DNA from: Camelus ferus
Lineage: Eukaryota
DNA: 64,000 nucleotides
Direction of reading: 5' to 3'
NCBI RefSeq assembly: GCF_009834535.1
Contig: NC_045706.1
Location: forward strand, 72,478,001-72,542,000
The position numbers and the translations under genes are program-made. Of the stretch, positions 62,173 through 64,000 are shown one piece after another (the first letter of the stretch is position 1; every line of letters begins with the position of its first letter). The notes beneath the pieces are model-generated. The model was given only the letters and a program-made list of their open reading frames with translations. It was not told the DNA's origin and searched no databases.

Positions 62173-63580
62173 ACCTCACGCGGTGGAAGGTCTCCTGAGC
62201 TCCCATCACCCTCAACATTTCTTGGCCAGCGGCCTCACCTTCTATGAAGTCTTCTTTTTATTAGCTGCCCCTGAAATAACTCTGATGTTATAATAAATGT
62301 GATCGGGTTACTGTTCTCCCCTCCGTCCCCAGTGAAGTCCTTCCTGACTGTAAGGCTGACACACACCCCCTGACTCCCGGCACTGAGCTACAGGGAACAC
62401 CGCGGGGCCACGTCGCCTTCTCAGGGCTCACCGATGGCTCCCGCTTGAAAGGCAGCAAAGGCAAGCACCGTGCTGGGCACACGACTGCAACTCCCTTTGA
62501 TGCTGTTGGGGCAGCATCTTTACTTTTATCTCTGGCTACTTCTGCCCAGAAGGCTGAAGGAGAAACCCTTGCATGGGCTTGTACCACAGCCAAGGACAAA
62601 GCGGCCAGTCTTTGCACTGAGAGCAGATGTGCTGTCAGAGTAGCTCATGGTTTTGGACTGTTGTGGAAGCAGCGTGGCTTCCTTACGTCCAGGAGAAATA
62701 AAATTGAAAATGGCCTCTATGTTCAAGAATTGCTACACTGCCTAATGGACCATTCAAGGTCTAGCAAACGGATGTCATACAACTCCCTTTGTTTCATGGA
62801 TATAAGTATGTTTTAGTCCTGGTCCGTATGTTTTTAAACTGGATTGACGCCTTCCCTTGCAGACAGGCTGCTGCCTCTTCTGTGGCTACAGTCCCTCTAG
62901 AAAAGATTACCCCTACCTGGGGAGCTCCCCTCAAACTTCACAGGCATCCGAGAACCAACTGTACTTGTCAGGTGCTTCAACGAGCCTGTGCAACTGGCTG
63001 GCTTTACACACTTCCACTGTGCTTTCCACTCTCAGTCCTCTGGTTTAGCTGAACACACCAATGCATTGTTAAGATTCAGTCAGCAAAATCCGTAGAGCCC
63101 CTCCAAATACCTTGGCCAAAAGCACTGCCATTGGTGCTTCTAAATCCCAGATCCACCCCTTTGGAAGTCACGAACTCTGACCTTTTGAGACAGTCATAGG
63201 ATGCCCAATACACTTGCTTCCTGCTTATTTTGACCCACAACTGATAAAAGAAAAAAAATTCCAATATTGCAAAGGCCTAAATGCTTCTATAAGAGAGAGC
63301 CATGTTTTGGTGGAGCAATCTTTCCTCTGTGCACCCCTGGGAGATGAAGACCTTGAGCATCACACCTTGCAACACAGATTTCATCTATTGGAAACAACAC
63401 CTCCCGGAGAATTCTCTTCAAACTTGTTGAAAAGGCCCTGTCAAGACTTGTTAAACAAACTCTGTGCGGCCAAACTCCAAGGAATAGACTCTTGGATTCA
63501 TGTGACACACATAAAGACAGCCCTGAACCCTGACTGGACCTGCACATCACTGGTGGCCTGAAAGTAAGATTCTTGGAACT

Positions 63581-63622
63581 GGAGCAGATGACATCTGATG
63601 AGGAGCAGATGACATCTGATGA
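63581..63622. repeat. Perfect 21-bp tandem duplication at the ERV pol/env boundary
   Basis: ggagcagatgacatctgatga at 63581-63601 and 63602-63622. Confidence 0.95.
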
Positions 63623-64000
63623 GGCAGTTTTCCTGAGATATCTGGACCAGGTCTGTTGGAAGTTTGTCCCCAAACCTTGATGATAACATAATGTTTCACA
63701 TGATCTCCAGTGTCTATGATCTTCATAATCTACATACAGTCTTTGATAAAACCCCCTGAGAGCTCTCCCTCCCACCCTTCCCTGTTACTCAAATATCACC
63801 TCTTTAAACTCACTTAATAGCATGGAGGGGAACTACCATCTTTAAATTTAACATTCACCCAAAACAGCGTGCTTAAGTTTTAAAATACACATTTGTCAAA
63901 ATACATCATATGAACAAAAGGGCTGTTAAGGCCAACAAAAGAGAACTAGGCTCCTGTTTCTTTCCCAGCAACCTCAACACTCACAGAAATGTAACGGCAA

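Larger units (their letters stand above)
59160..63570 (+). pseudogene. Decayed ERV pro-pol (protease, RT, RNase H, integrase) split by three solo LTRs
   Basis: Protease DTG at 59197-59205; RT WFTALDLCSAFFSI at 60376-60417 and YVDD at 61124-61135; RNase H VAHGFGLLWKQRGFLT (ORF 62445..62816); integrase GYKYVLVLV.MF.NWIDAFPCR (ORF 62789..63052) and AKLQGIDSWIHVTH (ORF 63214..63561). Confidence 0.92.

Noticed and set aside
63287-63775. 162-aa minus-strand ORF
   Set aside because: It is the antisense of the ERV integrase end, and its repeated SSDVIC comes from the 21-bp duplication.
45612-64000. Search for the next upstream FMN2 exon (ACEVEAGKV...QPFKENMEQFI-like, recalled)
   Set aside because: Not found by eye; it probably lies beyond the window end.

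Overview
Mammalian, repeat-rich genomic DNA, most likely camelid (three tRNA-derived SINEs of the Vic-1 type). It holds the 3' end of formin-2 (FMN2) on the minus strand. Four coding exons (45560-45611, 19842-19991, 6625-6706, 5279-5305; exons 15-18 by human numbering, recalled) splice in frame through GT-AG sites to [103 protein letters not shown], i.e. the end of the FH2 domain plus the Spire-binding (FSI) tail. A 3'UTR with two candidate poly(A) regions follows. The introns contain decayed L1, L2, MIR, MaLR/ERVL/ERV1 LTRs and DNA transposons, and a decayed class I ERV (5' LTR, tRNA-Leu PBS, gag-pro-pol, 56.6-63.6 kb) whose pol is interrupted by three different solo LTRs. No clearly new biological system is demonstrable. 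The best leads are candidate splicing switches acting on the FSI tail, an intronic CpG/GC-box promoter-like element, a 3'UTR duplication, an unidentified polyadenylated insert nested in an L1, and an ORF-less L1 with target-site duplications. Repeat family names come from recalled consensus sequences, not database searches, and their boundaries are approximate.
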